NCBI RefSeq assembly: GCF_009914755.1
Contig: NC_060926.1
DNA: 64,000 nucleotides
Origin: the human T2T-CHM13v2.0 reference genome, Homo sapiens
Direction: 5' to 3' (one strand)
Positions 44,231 through 55,949 of the stretch are shown here, one piece after another. The translations under genes and the position numbers were made by a program. The notes beneath the pieces are model-generated. The model did not search any database. It was not told the DNA's origin and was given only the letters and a program-made list of their open reading frames with translations. Position 1 is the first letter of the stretch. Each line of letters opens with the position of its first letter.

Positions 44231-44591
44231 TCATAGACTTAAATGTCACATGTAAAAATATAAAACTTTTAGAAAAAAGATAAGAGGAAATCTTTAGGAT
44301 CCAGGACTAGGCAAAATGTTCTTGGACTTGACACCAAAAGCACAAGCTAAGAAAGAAAAATTGGAAAAATTGGATTTCATCAAAATTTATAACTTTTGCT
44401 CTGTGACAGATTTTTTAAGAAGATAAAAAGATAAACTACAGAGTGGGAGAAACTGTTTGCAAACTGCATACATAACAAAAAATAAACATCTAGAAATTTT
44501 TTTAAAAAAAACCGTCAAAACTCAACAATTTAAAAAGAAACAATTAGGTCATGAACAAAAGACGTGAAAAGACATTTTACCAAAGAAGATA

Positions 44592-44998
44592 CAGTCATGT
44601 GTTGCATAAAGATGTTTGGGGCAATGTTGGATCACATATATGATGGTGCTCCCACAAGAGTGTAATATTAATATACTCCTAATTTTTGCCATTAAAAGTA
44701 ATGGCAAAACCCGCAATTACTTTTGCACCAATCTATACCATATTTTTGCTGTACATTTCCTATGTTTAGATTCACAAATGCCATTGTGCTACAATTGTTT
44801 ACAGTATTCAGTAGAGTAACATGATATATGGGTTTGTAGCCTAGGAACAATTAGACTGTACCAGACTTATAGCCTAGGTATGTAGTAGGCTATACCATCT
44901 AGGTTCCTGTAAGTACATTATAATAATCCCATAACGACAAAATCACCTAATGATGCATTTCTCAGAATGTATCCATGTTGTTAAGTAACTCATGACTG
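44592..44998 (+). mobile_element. Tigger3a/MER7-type MITE
   Basis: TA-CAGTCATG...CATGACTG-TA termini; internal GTTTGTAGCCTAGGAACAAT. Confidence 0.85.
44668..44735. mobile_element. MADE1 with damaged left TIR, nested in Tigger3a
   Basis: TTTTTGCCATTAAAAGTAATGGCAAAACCCGCAATTACTTTTGCACCAATCTA. Confidence 0.85.
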
Positions 44999-45174
44999 TA
45001 TACAGATGGCAAATAAGCACATGAAGGCATCTTCAGCATCATTAATTATTAAGGAAATGCCAATTAAAACCACAATGAGATACCACTATACAGCTATCAG
45101 AATGGCTAAAACAAAAAGTAGTGACAACACCAAATGCTGATGAGGATGCCGAGAAACTGGATCATAAATACATT

Positions 45175-45650
45175 GCTTAGTTTGCCTTAGTTTCGTGGAT
45201 GCCAGTATAAGACATGAGATTCCTGGGTCAGCAACAAAGGGCAATGTGTTACTCACAACTGTAGAAGTAGCCAGATTATCAGCATTTGGACAGATTCTCT
45301 AAGCCTCAATTTCTACAACATAACACCTGTATGCATCATGAACTGTGCTACAAGAGAGGACCTCTGAGCTTAGGGAATGTAAACCTTTTTTTAACAGGCA
45401 CTAAGCCTGCCTGTCCTTTGCTCCACAGTAAGACATGATCTTCATTATACTACACACATCCATGAAACTACGGCAAACTAACTTGCCGGCTTGCAAGTAG
45501 GGTAAAATCTCCTTCTTTTCTCTCTCTGTCTTCCAAAGCTGCTTTGCTATCCAATGTCCTTGAAAAGATGGTGCAGAACAAAAGCAGCCAGTGCCTCTGC
45601 TCACAAGATGCTTAGAAGCATGAGAGACCTGTGGAGAACTGATCCTAACA
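45175..45650 (-). mobile_element. ERVL-class LTR, MER54/MER74-like
   Basis: Minus strand TGTTAGGATCAGTTCTCCACAGGTCTCTCATGCTTCT...GAGCAGAGGCACTGGCTGC. Confidence 0.6.
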
Positions 45651-47157
45651 CTGGTATTCTGAATACAGAAACTTAAAGTTTCCTTGTGCTCTGAAACATT
45701 GTTCAAATTATTTACCTTTTATGGGTGGAAAGGTGTTTTTGTTGTTGTTGTTGTTGTTATTGTTGTTATTGTTTTTTAAGAAAGAAAAATAAAGAAAGAA
45801 AAAGGAAGGAAGGAAAAAGAGAGCCCAGGAAAATGATCACTTCAGTTTTGGTGTTTGTTTATTTGTTTAGCTTTTGAGATTACATAAGATAGAAATGTAA
45901 TGATGTTTTCAAAGGAAAATAGGGAAAGCTTTATACATCCCTATTCTAGTTATCTATGGCTGCCTATCACACTACCCAAAACTTAATGATTTCAAACAAT
46001 AATGTATTATGCTCTCTCACAGAGCTTGGCTTGGCTGGGTGGATGTTGCTCGAGGTCTCTCAGTGGCAAAGCCTGAGTTTTCTGGAAGCTTCTTCACCAC
46101 CATTTCTGACACCTGGCCTGAGATGACTGGAACAGCTGAGGCCTGTCAGCCATCTCTATCTGTGGCCACTCAAGTGGCTGGGCTTCCTCCCAGCATGGTA
46201 ATCTCAGGTGGTCAAACTTCTGAATGGTAGCTGGCTCACTAAACAATGAGAGTTCCATAGGACCAAGGCCCAACCTGCCAAGTATCCTTAGAATTTAGCC
46301 TAGAAAAGTCACGTGGCATTACTTCCATCTCCTTTGGTTAGTGACAGAGGGCAGCCTAATTCTTGGTAAGAGGAAGCTGCATAGGGTTGGGAAGGGATAG
46401 GTCTTAATCCTGAAAGACACAGTCCTGAACACCATAATCCCAAATTTTGAAATCTTGACAGAACGAAATCCTGAAAATCAAAATTATGAAAGATCAAAAT
46501 CCCAAAAATATAATTCTGGAAGAAATAATTTTTAAAATTCTTTAAAAGATGTTTATTTACATTTTAAAAGAGGATTTATTTGAGAAACATAAAAACACAA
46601 CAGAACACTTTATAAGCCACTTAATACAATAAAATAGACAGTAATAACATACTAATAACAGTTAAAAGACTGATCCAAAATGAAGTGGGTCACCACTGCA
46701 TATGTAAGTTGCCCAAAGGTCTGAGTTTTTGAGAAATTTTAATTTTCACAAAAGCAAATGTACAAAAAGGACATCTCTTCATTTATTGGGGAATTTTCAA
46801 CATTTTTACATGCACACATAAAACACTTACAAAGTCAACATTGTGATAATGCAGAGTCAAGTTTGCAAAAAAATGCATAAAACGAACTAGAACTCTCTAA
46901 AAGTCTTTATATAATTTGTACCTCTAGTATTGGAAATGATGAAAAGACAAAATATATGGGACAGTGAATTGTAAACAATAATGCTGATAATTTAAAATAG
47001 TGGGGAAAAAAAGAACAAGAAAAAGAAAATTTAACATATGAAAGAGTATGTTATGGGGATAGATTATGGGCAATTGCATGGAGATAGTCCACAAGAGCTG
47101 GCTGACTCTCACTATCATTAACTGTATTTTGAAGTGTTGTAACTTGATGAAAAGCTG

Positions 47158-47484
47158 TTTTTTTTTTGTTTGTTTGTTATTGTTTTTTTTTTTTTTTTTT
47201 TGAGACTGAGCCTTGTTCTTGCTCTGTCACCCAGGCTGGAGTGAAAGATTCTCGGCTCACTGCAACCTCTGCTTCCTGGGTTCAAGCGATTCTCCTGCCT
47301 CAGCTTCCCAAGTAGCTGGGACTACAGGTACATGCCACCATCCCCAGCTAATTTTTTTGTATTTTTAGTAGAGATGGGGTTTGCCATGTTGGTCAGGCTG
47401 GTCTCAAACTCCTGACCTCAGGTGATCCACCCACCTCGGCCTCCTAAAGTGCTGGGATTAAGGAGTGAGCCACCATGCCTGGCC
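47158..47484 (-). mobile_element. AluS inside Ricksha
   Basis: Antisense Alu with long T-rich tail. Confidence 0.92.
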
Positions 47485-47489
47485 AGCTG

Positions 47490-48058
47490 CTATTTTTTTT
47501 CTTTTAGGATGTGGCTCTCCTTGGAGAATTTGTTCACATTCATTTTCTATGTGGCTCTGCTCTTGCTGAAATTCTTTTATGATTCAATATACACCGACAT
47601 GAGCATTCCCTATTAAATTTTCCTATCTTCTGTGCCATGCTTCTAAGTTGTTTTGGGCATGCAGAGATCCATTTTGCATGCACGCCTGTGTAGGCCACAA
47701 ATTTGGCAGAAACAATCCTCGTGATTGAAAAGCACCACCGTTGCTTAAGTGTCTTCTTATCCTACCATGCCCATAATTATTTTTGAACTAGTCAATAACT
47801 TCTCTGGCTTCTTCAAGCAAATGCAGCTTTAATTTATTAAAAAGTCTGGAATTTCATCAGGTGGAAGGAATGCCAATGTAGACAAATGATGAATTTTTAA
47901 AGTGAAGTTTTCATCGTTGCCATATCTTGTGGCTAAGCCACTCATCTGAATTTTCCACCAAATGCATAGGACTGAATGTAAAAAAACAAACTTCATTGGT
48001 GGCAACTTGAAATTCACTTTTAGAAGCCTTGATCATGCCTAATTCCAAATCTGTCATT
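47490..48058 (-). pseudogene. MULE transposase remnant
   Basis: Minus strand MTDLELGMIKASKSEF...CFF then, after a frameshift, HSVLCIWWKIQMSGLATRY...LAFLPPDEI; resembles the MULE TD(F)E...CxFH...WRKIQ..GL region. Confidence 0.7.
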
Positions 48059-49904
48059 GTAGTTTGGGATTCAACTGGACATTAGGGATTTTAGACTGTA
48101 GACAGTGATTTTGATCTTTAGGGATTTCAGCATTTGGGATTTTGGCATCCAGGATTGTATCTTTCAGGATTCTCATTGGTACCACTGCACAGGAGTGTGG
48201 GTAACAGAAGATATTGTCCACTGGAGCCTTCACTTTCGAATCTGCCACTTTAATAACAGAGAATTTAGCACTGTGTATATATACACATTTACATTTGTAT
48301 ACTTCATGTTAAACATGTAGAAGAGAAAAATTGGTGATCTGGAATCATAAGCTCCAAGTTTGAATCTTTAATTTTTACACTTACTGATTGTGTAATCACA
48401 AACAAGTCATTTGTCTTCAAGCAAAAATAATATTACCCACTCACACAAGTAGACAGTGAAGGATGCTTAAGATGACATGAAAGTACTTTGAAAACCCAGC
48501 AGAAATACACATGCTAATTCCGTAGCTTTATACAGACCAAATTCTCCCACCTTGCCTATTTTTGAAATTTTGACTTTTCTTTTACAAAACGGAACATGCT
48601 TCTCTACTTAAATCACCCAAATGTAGTATGGAGAGTGCAAGTAAATGTGAATCTTGGTTACATTTCACAGGGTTTCAATTCTTTTTCAGGCTCATTTTAT
48701 CTGCATCCAAGCGGGATACACAGTGCCCACTGGACAGGTGATATGGCGCCTCTGTGTATCACAGGGTGACCAAAGTGGGTGGTAGAACACAGGGGAAGGT
48801 GGCTTGCTCCCAAGTTGTGCTATTGAATTACAGTCTGTCCAAGGAGAGTGATCTCTTGTTTTGGCAGCAAGTACTAATCCTGGAAACTATAAAAAGCCGA
48901 AGCATTCAAAAATAGGCTGTCACATAGAAAACCATAAATTACTGCAGCCAAGTAGTCCATCACTCTCATTCATGCTGCTACCTTAAGCTAAGAAGAGTGG
49001 TCTGCCTGAGGGGGAAAAACACAAAACCAAACCTTATTTCTGTTATCTTTTGATTCCCTTTCTTGCCCATTTCAGGAGAAGCTAGAAGACAGCTTTATTT
49101 AATTATGTAATACCTTTTTTTAGTTTTATATGTTTAAAGGCTTCATGGAGCTGCTCGGCATAGAAAAAGGAATCTATTCCAGGAGCAAAAGTGAGATCAT
49201 CATTCTTAGATGCCATACAGCTGAAAATGTCACAATAGTAAGGGATTCGTATGTAAAGCAAAATATAGAGAGACAAATACATTCTCACCTTGATTTCCAT
49301 TATAATTTCTGATTTGAATACTCTTGGGAAATTGATCTGAAATGCAATACAAATCACCTTGTAGAATCTTGCTGTCTATGCCAAGGCATGCTTTGCCTTT
49401 ATGGGCATGTGCTTTGTGTAAAAGAATGTCCCCTCAGGCCACTTCTCCTAGAAGAGCTGGTCAAAGAAACACGACTGTGAGATTTTGACACACTCACTAA
49501 ATGTAACATATATTACCATGTACCCCTCGGTGAATATCCATTTGTTTGGAAGGTCTTAAATACTCTATCAGTCTTATGTGTACAAGTACACACCATTGCT
49601 CCAGATATTCAACCACATGGAGGCTGCTTTAGACTGAAGGTAGGCTAGACCACCTTGTTTTTATCACACAGTTATTAAAAGACCAGCACAGAATGGAAGT
49701 GTCTCATCATCTGGTTACCAGGATATTTCCTTTAAGTGTTTTCTATACCAGGACCCATTCATATAGCAGTTAATTACAATGGACTTTCTAAGGTGAAGAA
49801 AGAAAAGAGACAGGGAAGTAACCTGAAAGATCATTTCTATAATTTTTCAAAGTTTATCTGCAACAAGCAGAAAAGTCAAGATAACTACCAAATTGAACTA
49901 CAAT

Positions 49905-49986
49905 ATAGATAGATGATAGATAGATAGATAGATAGATAGTTAAAGATAGATAGATACATAGATAGAGATAATAGGTAGAAATAGAT
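49905..49986. repeat. (GATA)n tetranucleotide STR, imperfect
   Basis: TAGATAGATGATAGATAGATAGATAGATAGATAG... Confidence 0.9.
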
Positions 49987-50542
49987 AAGTGGAAGAACTT
50001 TCATTGTTTTTAACTGCACAAAATGGAAGTTGTCCTAACTCGATATGCATAGATCAAGGCGGACTTATACCAATGAGAAAGGAACTTCTCAGTTGACAGA
50101 GTTTAATTCTAGTGACCCTGGCATTCATCCATACATTCACTTATTTGTCACACATTTATTGTATCAGAAACTGAAGAGGAATTCAGGGATGTAAGACTTA
50201 GTCCCTGTCTTCAAGTAGCTCGCGATCGAGAATGGGAGAAAGATATGCAAGAGTATAATTATCATGCAATGTGGTGAGCATGATGATGGCCACAGTGAGA
50301 CAGTGGGTCCTGGGAGTGAGACTCACATGGAACATGAGAGTGAGAATCAGAGAAGGTGGATTGCTAGGGAGATGAAGGTGAGTTTTTTAAAAAACCTCTC
50401 ACAGCCTAAAAGCACAGCATGGCAAAGTCACAGAGTTCTGAAACAGCCTGAGGTTGTTCTGCAGATAGTTCAGGGAAGACATAGACCGGGGGTGGGGAGT
50501 GAGGAAGCATGGTAGAAGAAGGGTGACCAGATAGGAAACTCA

Positions 50543-50833
50543 GGCTGGGCACGGTGGCTCATGCCTGTAATCCCAGCACTTTGGGAGGCTGAGGCAGGTG
50601 GATCACCTGAGGTCAGGAGTTTGAGATTAGCCTGGCCAACATGGTGAAATCCTGTCTCTACTAAAAATACAAAATATTAGCCGGGCGTGGTGGTAGGCTA
50701 GTAGTTCCAGGTACTCGGGAGGCTAAGGAAGGAGATTGCTTGGACCCGGGAGGTGGAGGTTGCAGTGAGCCAAGGTCATGCCACTGCACTCCAGCCTGGG
50801 CAACAGAGCGAGATTCTGTCTCAAAAAAAAAAA
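50543..50833 (+). mobile_element. AluS inserted in an antisense L2 (about 50125-50940)
   Basis: Dimeric Alu, GATCACCTGAGGTCAGG, poly(A); L2 tail CATTCATCCATACATTCAC upstream. Confidence 0.92.
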
Positions 50834-51724
50834 GAGACTGGATGATGAGCCACGCCCAGCACACCAGTTGCCTCCTGGGCTCTGCCAGGGACTTGAGGCT
50901 TGAGCCTAACGATAATAGGAAGCCACTCATTGAGCAAACCCATCAAATTCCCCAAACAGAGCTTTCACCAGTATTTGGACAAATAAGCTCTGTTCTTAAA
51001 AAGCAATACTTTTTGAAGACCAAAAATTCCATCATGATCCTGGCCATAAAGCTCGCAGGCTCACAGGTCTGACTGTCAGAGGGCGGGGTAAAAGAATGTG
51101 AGAGTCAACACAGTGAGCACCGTTCCTGGCTTGTGGAAAATGACAGGGGTCTTCAAACTGCATGTGCTCTCAACTTTGAAGAGACATCAACGTTGTTGGT
51201 GAGGAAAAAGGCAAAATCATTGTCTTTTGTGGAGTGACTTCTTTTAAACATGGGAAAACAGAACACTTAATGTGTTGTAACAGTGTTTAAAGATGATAAA
51301 CTCATTATGTATTAATATTTTACAAAAGTTCCTCCGGCCAGTACAGGGAAGCAGTTTGTGTGTTGCGTTTGACATTAATTCCATCAGAAAACTGCACAAA
51401 AAGCATGGAAGTCACTAATATGACGTGAAAATCCTAGTCTTCAATTATATTAGAGGCGTTAGTCCATTATATTAATCTCTTACACAGTTCCTTTCTACCA
51501 ATCAGATTAGCAAATTTGGTTTAAACTAATGTACTATAAATATCTTATTTTTATTAAGTATGAGAAAATTGTGGTTTTGCTTATATTGAATGGTTGATAT
51601 CATTTATCCCCCTATGTCAGATTAATGATAAAGGAGATATTTGGTGGACTGTGTTCCCTGTCTCTTAGTAATGAAGTCAAGAATGTTATTACTCTGGGAC
51701 AACTTTGGATTAATACAAAGGGAT

Positions 51725-52107
<383 letters not shown>

Positions 52108-52299
52108 TTATGACTTTCCATTTTGTTTACTGTCCAGCTTCAAGCCAAGCAAGATATCAGTGCCTCTCCACATCTGAAGAATGTTACATGGTGATTCAGC
52201 CCATGGCGATCCCTAAGACATGTTACTTCCATTGAATTAAGACACAAAAAGTTGCCTGATGGCTCTTCTCACCATGCTAACTGGAACGCCTGAGAAGAA

Positions 52300-53583
52300 A
52301 ATCAAATCACCGCAGCCGGCACTCCCTGCTTCCCCATCCTACTTCCCTGAGAAAACTGAAGCTGTCAGAAGAGAACTTCCACAGATTCCTACCACCATAG
52401 ATGCTCTCCAGATGGTTAAATCCAACTGTACTTGGTGTAACTGCCTGGAGCACAGTGGATCACTCACTCCTCCTTGATACACGTGCTTCCCTGCCCTCTC
52501 TTAGGTTTCCACCTCCCTCTGACTCTTTCTTAGTCCACACGACTTCTTCATCTCTTTCCCCAGATGTCTCCATGTGTGACTTCTCCAGGCACAGTCCTTT
52601 CCCTTTTTCTGCTGCTACTCTCACTTCTGGGGTGACCTGGGCAGCACTTGCCCAACTGCTGTTCTCCCTATTACGTGTGACATCAACTCTGTCCTCCCAA
52701 CTGCTCAAGTCTTAGCTATCCTTGACTCTTCCCTTTCTCTCACACCCACATCCAACCCATCAGGGATTCTGCCACACTGCCTTTAAAATGTATTCATGAC
52801 CCAGTTTCTCACAGCTTCCACGTCTGCCCCCATGGCAGAGCTGCCACACGCTTGCCCACGTCACCACATCGGGCTTCCTGCTGGACATCCGGTGTCTGTC
52901 CCTGCCACTGCCATCTAAAAGCCCCTCAACGGCCACAGGAAGCCTTTAAAAGCAGAAGTCAATCATCTGTTCAAAACCCTTTCCTGGGTCCTATTTCTAT
53001 TCAGAGTAAAAACCAAAGTGCTTGCAATGGCCACCAAACCTTGCTAATACCTGTCCCAGGCCCCTGCAAGGGTCGCTCTGATCTTGTCTACTACACTGTC
53101 CATCACTCACCCTGCACTACCCCTCCCGGCTTCCCTGTTCTCCCCCAGCTGCAACCCCTAGTCCGAGGGCTTTTGCTCTGGCAGTTCTTTCTGGCAGTAA
53201 AAAGAGGCCCTTTTCCCCAGGTATCCACGTGGTGAATTTCCGCACTGGCAAGTCATTGCTCCTATGTCACTTTCCCAGTGAGGCCAATTGCAACCACTTA
53301 ACACCTCAACCTGTCTCCCTTACCCCCACACCCCTGCTTTATTTGATTTTTGATCCTTCTTATCCTATTTTTCTTTTTACTGTAACACTCTTATCATCCT
53401 AATATACTACATAACTCACTTATTTGATATGCTTACTGTTAATTTTCTGTCTCCCACTGCTACAATATAAGCCCCACATTGGTGGGGGGGTGGGGGGGCT
53501 TTAGTTTGTTCATTGACAAACCCTAAGCACATGGAACAATGTCTGATATATAATGGAAGTGAATAAATGTTTGATAATAAATG
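52300..53583 (+). mobile_element. L2 (L2a-like) 3' portion
   Basis: Pyrimidine-rich L2 ORF2/3'UTR text ending AATAAATGTTTGATAATAAATG. Confidence 0.7.
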
Positions 53584-54219
53584 CTTACACTAAGCATTTC
53601 ACCATCCATAACAATTATTTGTAAATATGAAACTTTTATTTTGTATTTCCCTGACAATTAAAGTAATACAAATCCATTTAGAAATTTTTGAAAATGCATC
53701 ACACATTAATGTCAAGAAGATATAAATAAAAATCATCAATAAGTTCACCAATCAGTTAAAAAAGTTAACTTTTTAGTCCATTTTTCTATAAATGTTTAGA
53801 TCATATTGTAAACACTATTATATATATTACTCTTTTGTTAAATACTATATCAGAATCATTTCCATTACATGAAGAATGTATCAAAACATCTTTTCCAAAT
53901 AGCTGTGTAATATCCCATCATGCACGTTACCATGTTTCATTTAACTATGGTCATTTAGATTGTTTTCATGTATTTCATATTATTTGCAGTTGCATTGAAC
54001 ATTGTTGTGGAGAGTCCTTATCCACATATATGATTTTTCCTTGTGACTAATTCATTGAGAAGGGAGACAATTGGCATGAATAGTTTTAAGGATATTTATA
54101 TATGCAGCTAATTTGCCTTTCAGAAAGGGGATGCCAATTTGTACTTCCACCAGCAGCATATCTGTACCAATGAGAGGTTATAATAGAATTAAACATCATA
54201 AAATTCGTTACTTTTTTCC

Positions 54220-54798
54220 TTAAAAAATTATAAATAGAATTTCCTTATATTCCAATAATCCCACTTCTAGGTATATATCCAAAAGACTTGAAAGCAGTAT
54301 CTCTAAGAGATATATGCATAACCATGTTCACAGCAGCATTATTCACAATAGCCAAGAGGTGAAAGTAACCGTATGTCCACTGATGGATAAGAAGATAAAC
54401 AAAATGTGATATATACCTGCAATGGAATATTATTCAGCCTTAAAAAGGAAGAACAATCTCTCACATGCAACAACATAGATGAACATCGATGACATTATGC
54501 TAAGTGAAATAGGCCAATCCACAATAAGACAAATACTGTATTATTCCACTTACATGAGGCACCTAAAGTACTGAAATTCATAGGAGCAGACATTAGAATA
54601 GTGATTACCAGAGACTGGGAAAGAGAAGAAGGGGGGAGCTGTTTAATGGGTATAGTGTTTCAGTTTTGCGAGATGAAAATGTTCTGGAGATCTGTTTCAC
54701 AAAAAATGTAAAGATACTTAACACTACTGATCAATTACTGATTAAGATGATCAACTTTATGTGTTTTTACTATACTTACAGATAAATTTTTAAAAAAT
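54220..54798 (+). mobile_element. L1MB 3' end
   Basis: CCCACTTCTAGGTATATATCCAAAAG...GAATATTATTCAGCCTTAAAAAGGAAG...GATGAAAATGTTCTGGAGATC. Confidence 0.8.
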
Positions 54799-54806
54799 AT
54801 TCTATA

Positions 54807-55093
54807 GGGTGGGCACGGTGGCTCACACTTGTAATCCCAGTACTTTGAGAGGCTGAAGTGGGAGGATTGCTTGAGGCCAGGAGTTCAAGACTAGCACAGG
54901 CAACCAAGTGACCTCATCTCTACATAAAAATTTAAAAATTAGCCATGGAAACAGTGCATGCTCGTAGTCCCACTTACTCCAGAGGCTGAGGCAGGAGGAT
55001 TGCTGGATGCCAGGAGTTTGAGATTTCGGTGAGTATGATCCCACCACTGCACTCCAGCCTGGGTGAGAGTGAGACCCTGTCTCTTAAAAAATA
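54807..55093 (+). mobile_element. AluJ
   Basis: GGAGGATTGCTTGAGGCCAGGAGTTC, dimeric structure. Confidence 0.88.
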
Positions 55094-55949
55094 AATTATT
55101 TAATGTTTACTAATTTTGCTAACTTTAGATAATTAAAACTATAATCTCATGATTGCCTGATTGCCAGTAAAACTGAACATTACTTGCTATTAGCTATTTA
55201 TATTTTTCTTTTGAGTGTTATCTTTCCATTTTCTTTGCCAATCATCTACTGAAGTTTTCTTTTTTCATTTCAATGAGCTCTTCATATATTAGAGGTACTA
55301 AACTTTCACCTTTTATATTTGTTACAAAGATTTTCCAGTGTTTTCTTTTCTTAAGATATATTTTTGCCATGCAATTATTCAGTCTTTAGGTAGCTAAATT
55401 TATTAATATTTTCCTTAGTGATCCTTTTTGTTTTTAAGCCCTTCTCCATTCAAAGATCAAGTAGATGTTCATAATGATATTTGTGTAAGTTCCACTCTTT
55501 AATTCCTCCAGAATTTGTCTGTTGATATAATGTGAGTTGAGACTTCAATGTGATTTTTCCCAAAAAGAGTACCTAATTGTCATAGTATCTTTTTTTTTAA
55601 ATAAATTATACTGTAAGTTCTGGGATACATGCATGAACGTGCAGGTTTGTTACATAGGTATACATGTGCCATGGTGGTTTGTGGCACCCATCAACCTGTC
55701 ATCTGCGTTAGGTGTTTCTCCTAATACTATCCCTCCCCTAGCTCACCCCACTGACAGGCCCCAGTGTGTGATATTCCCCTCCCTGTGTCCATGTGTTCTC
55801 ATTGTTCAACTCCCACTTATGAGTGAGAATGCAGTGTTTGGTTTTCTGTTCCTGTGTTAGTTTGCTGCGAATGATGATTTCCAGCTTCAACCATGTCCCT
55901 GCAAACGACATGAACTCATCCTTTTTAATGGCTGCGTAATATTCCATGG

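Larger units (their letters stand above)
46385..48183. mobile_element. Ricksha-type MULE/MuDR DNA transposon
   Basis: Long TIRs built from AATCCC/GAAA-like subrepeats at both ends; candidate 9-bp TSD GCTGCATAG / ACTGCACAG. Confidence 0.8.
45940..48248 (-). mobile_element. Old MLT1 LTR split by Ricksha (45940-46384 and 48184-48248)
   Basis: TAGTTATCTATGGCTGCC...CCCAAAACTTAATGATTTCAAACAATAA; resumes after the Ricksha element. Confidence 0.6.

Noticed and set aside
46400-46520. Short AATCC-type repeats resembling a CRISPR-like array
   Set aside because: Subterminal repeats of the Ricksha TIR in eukaryotic DNA; no spacers or cas genes
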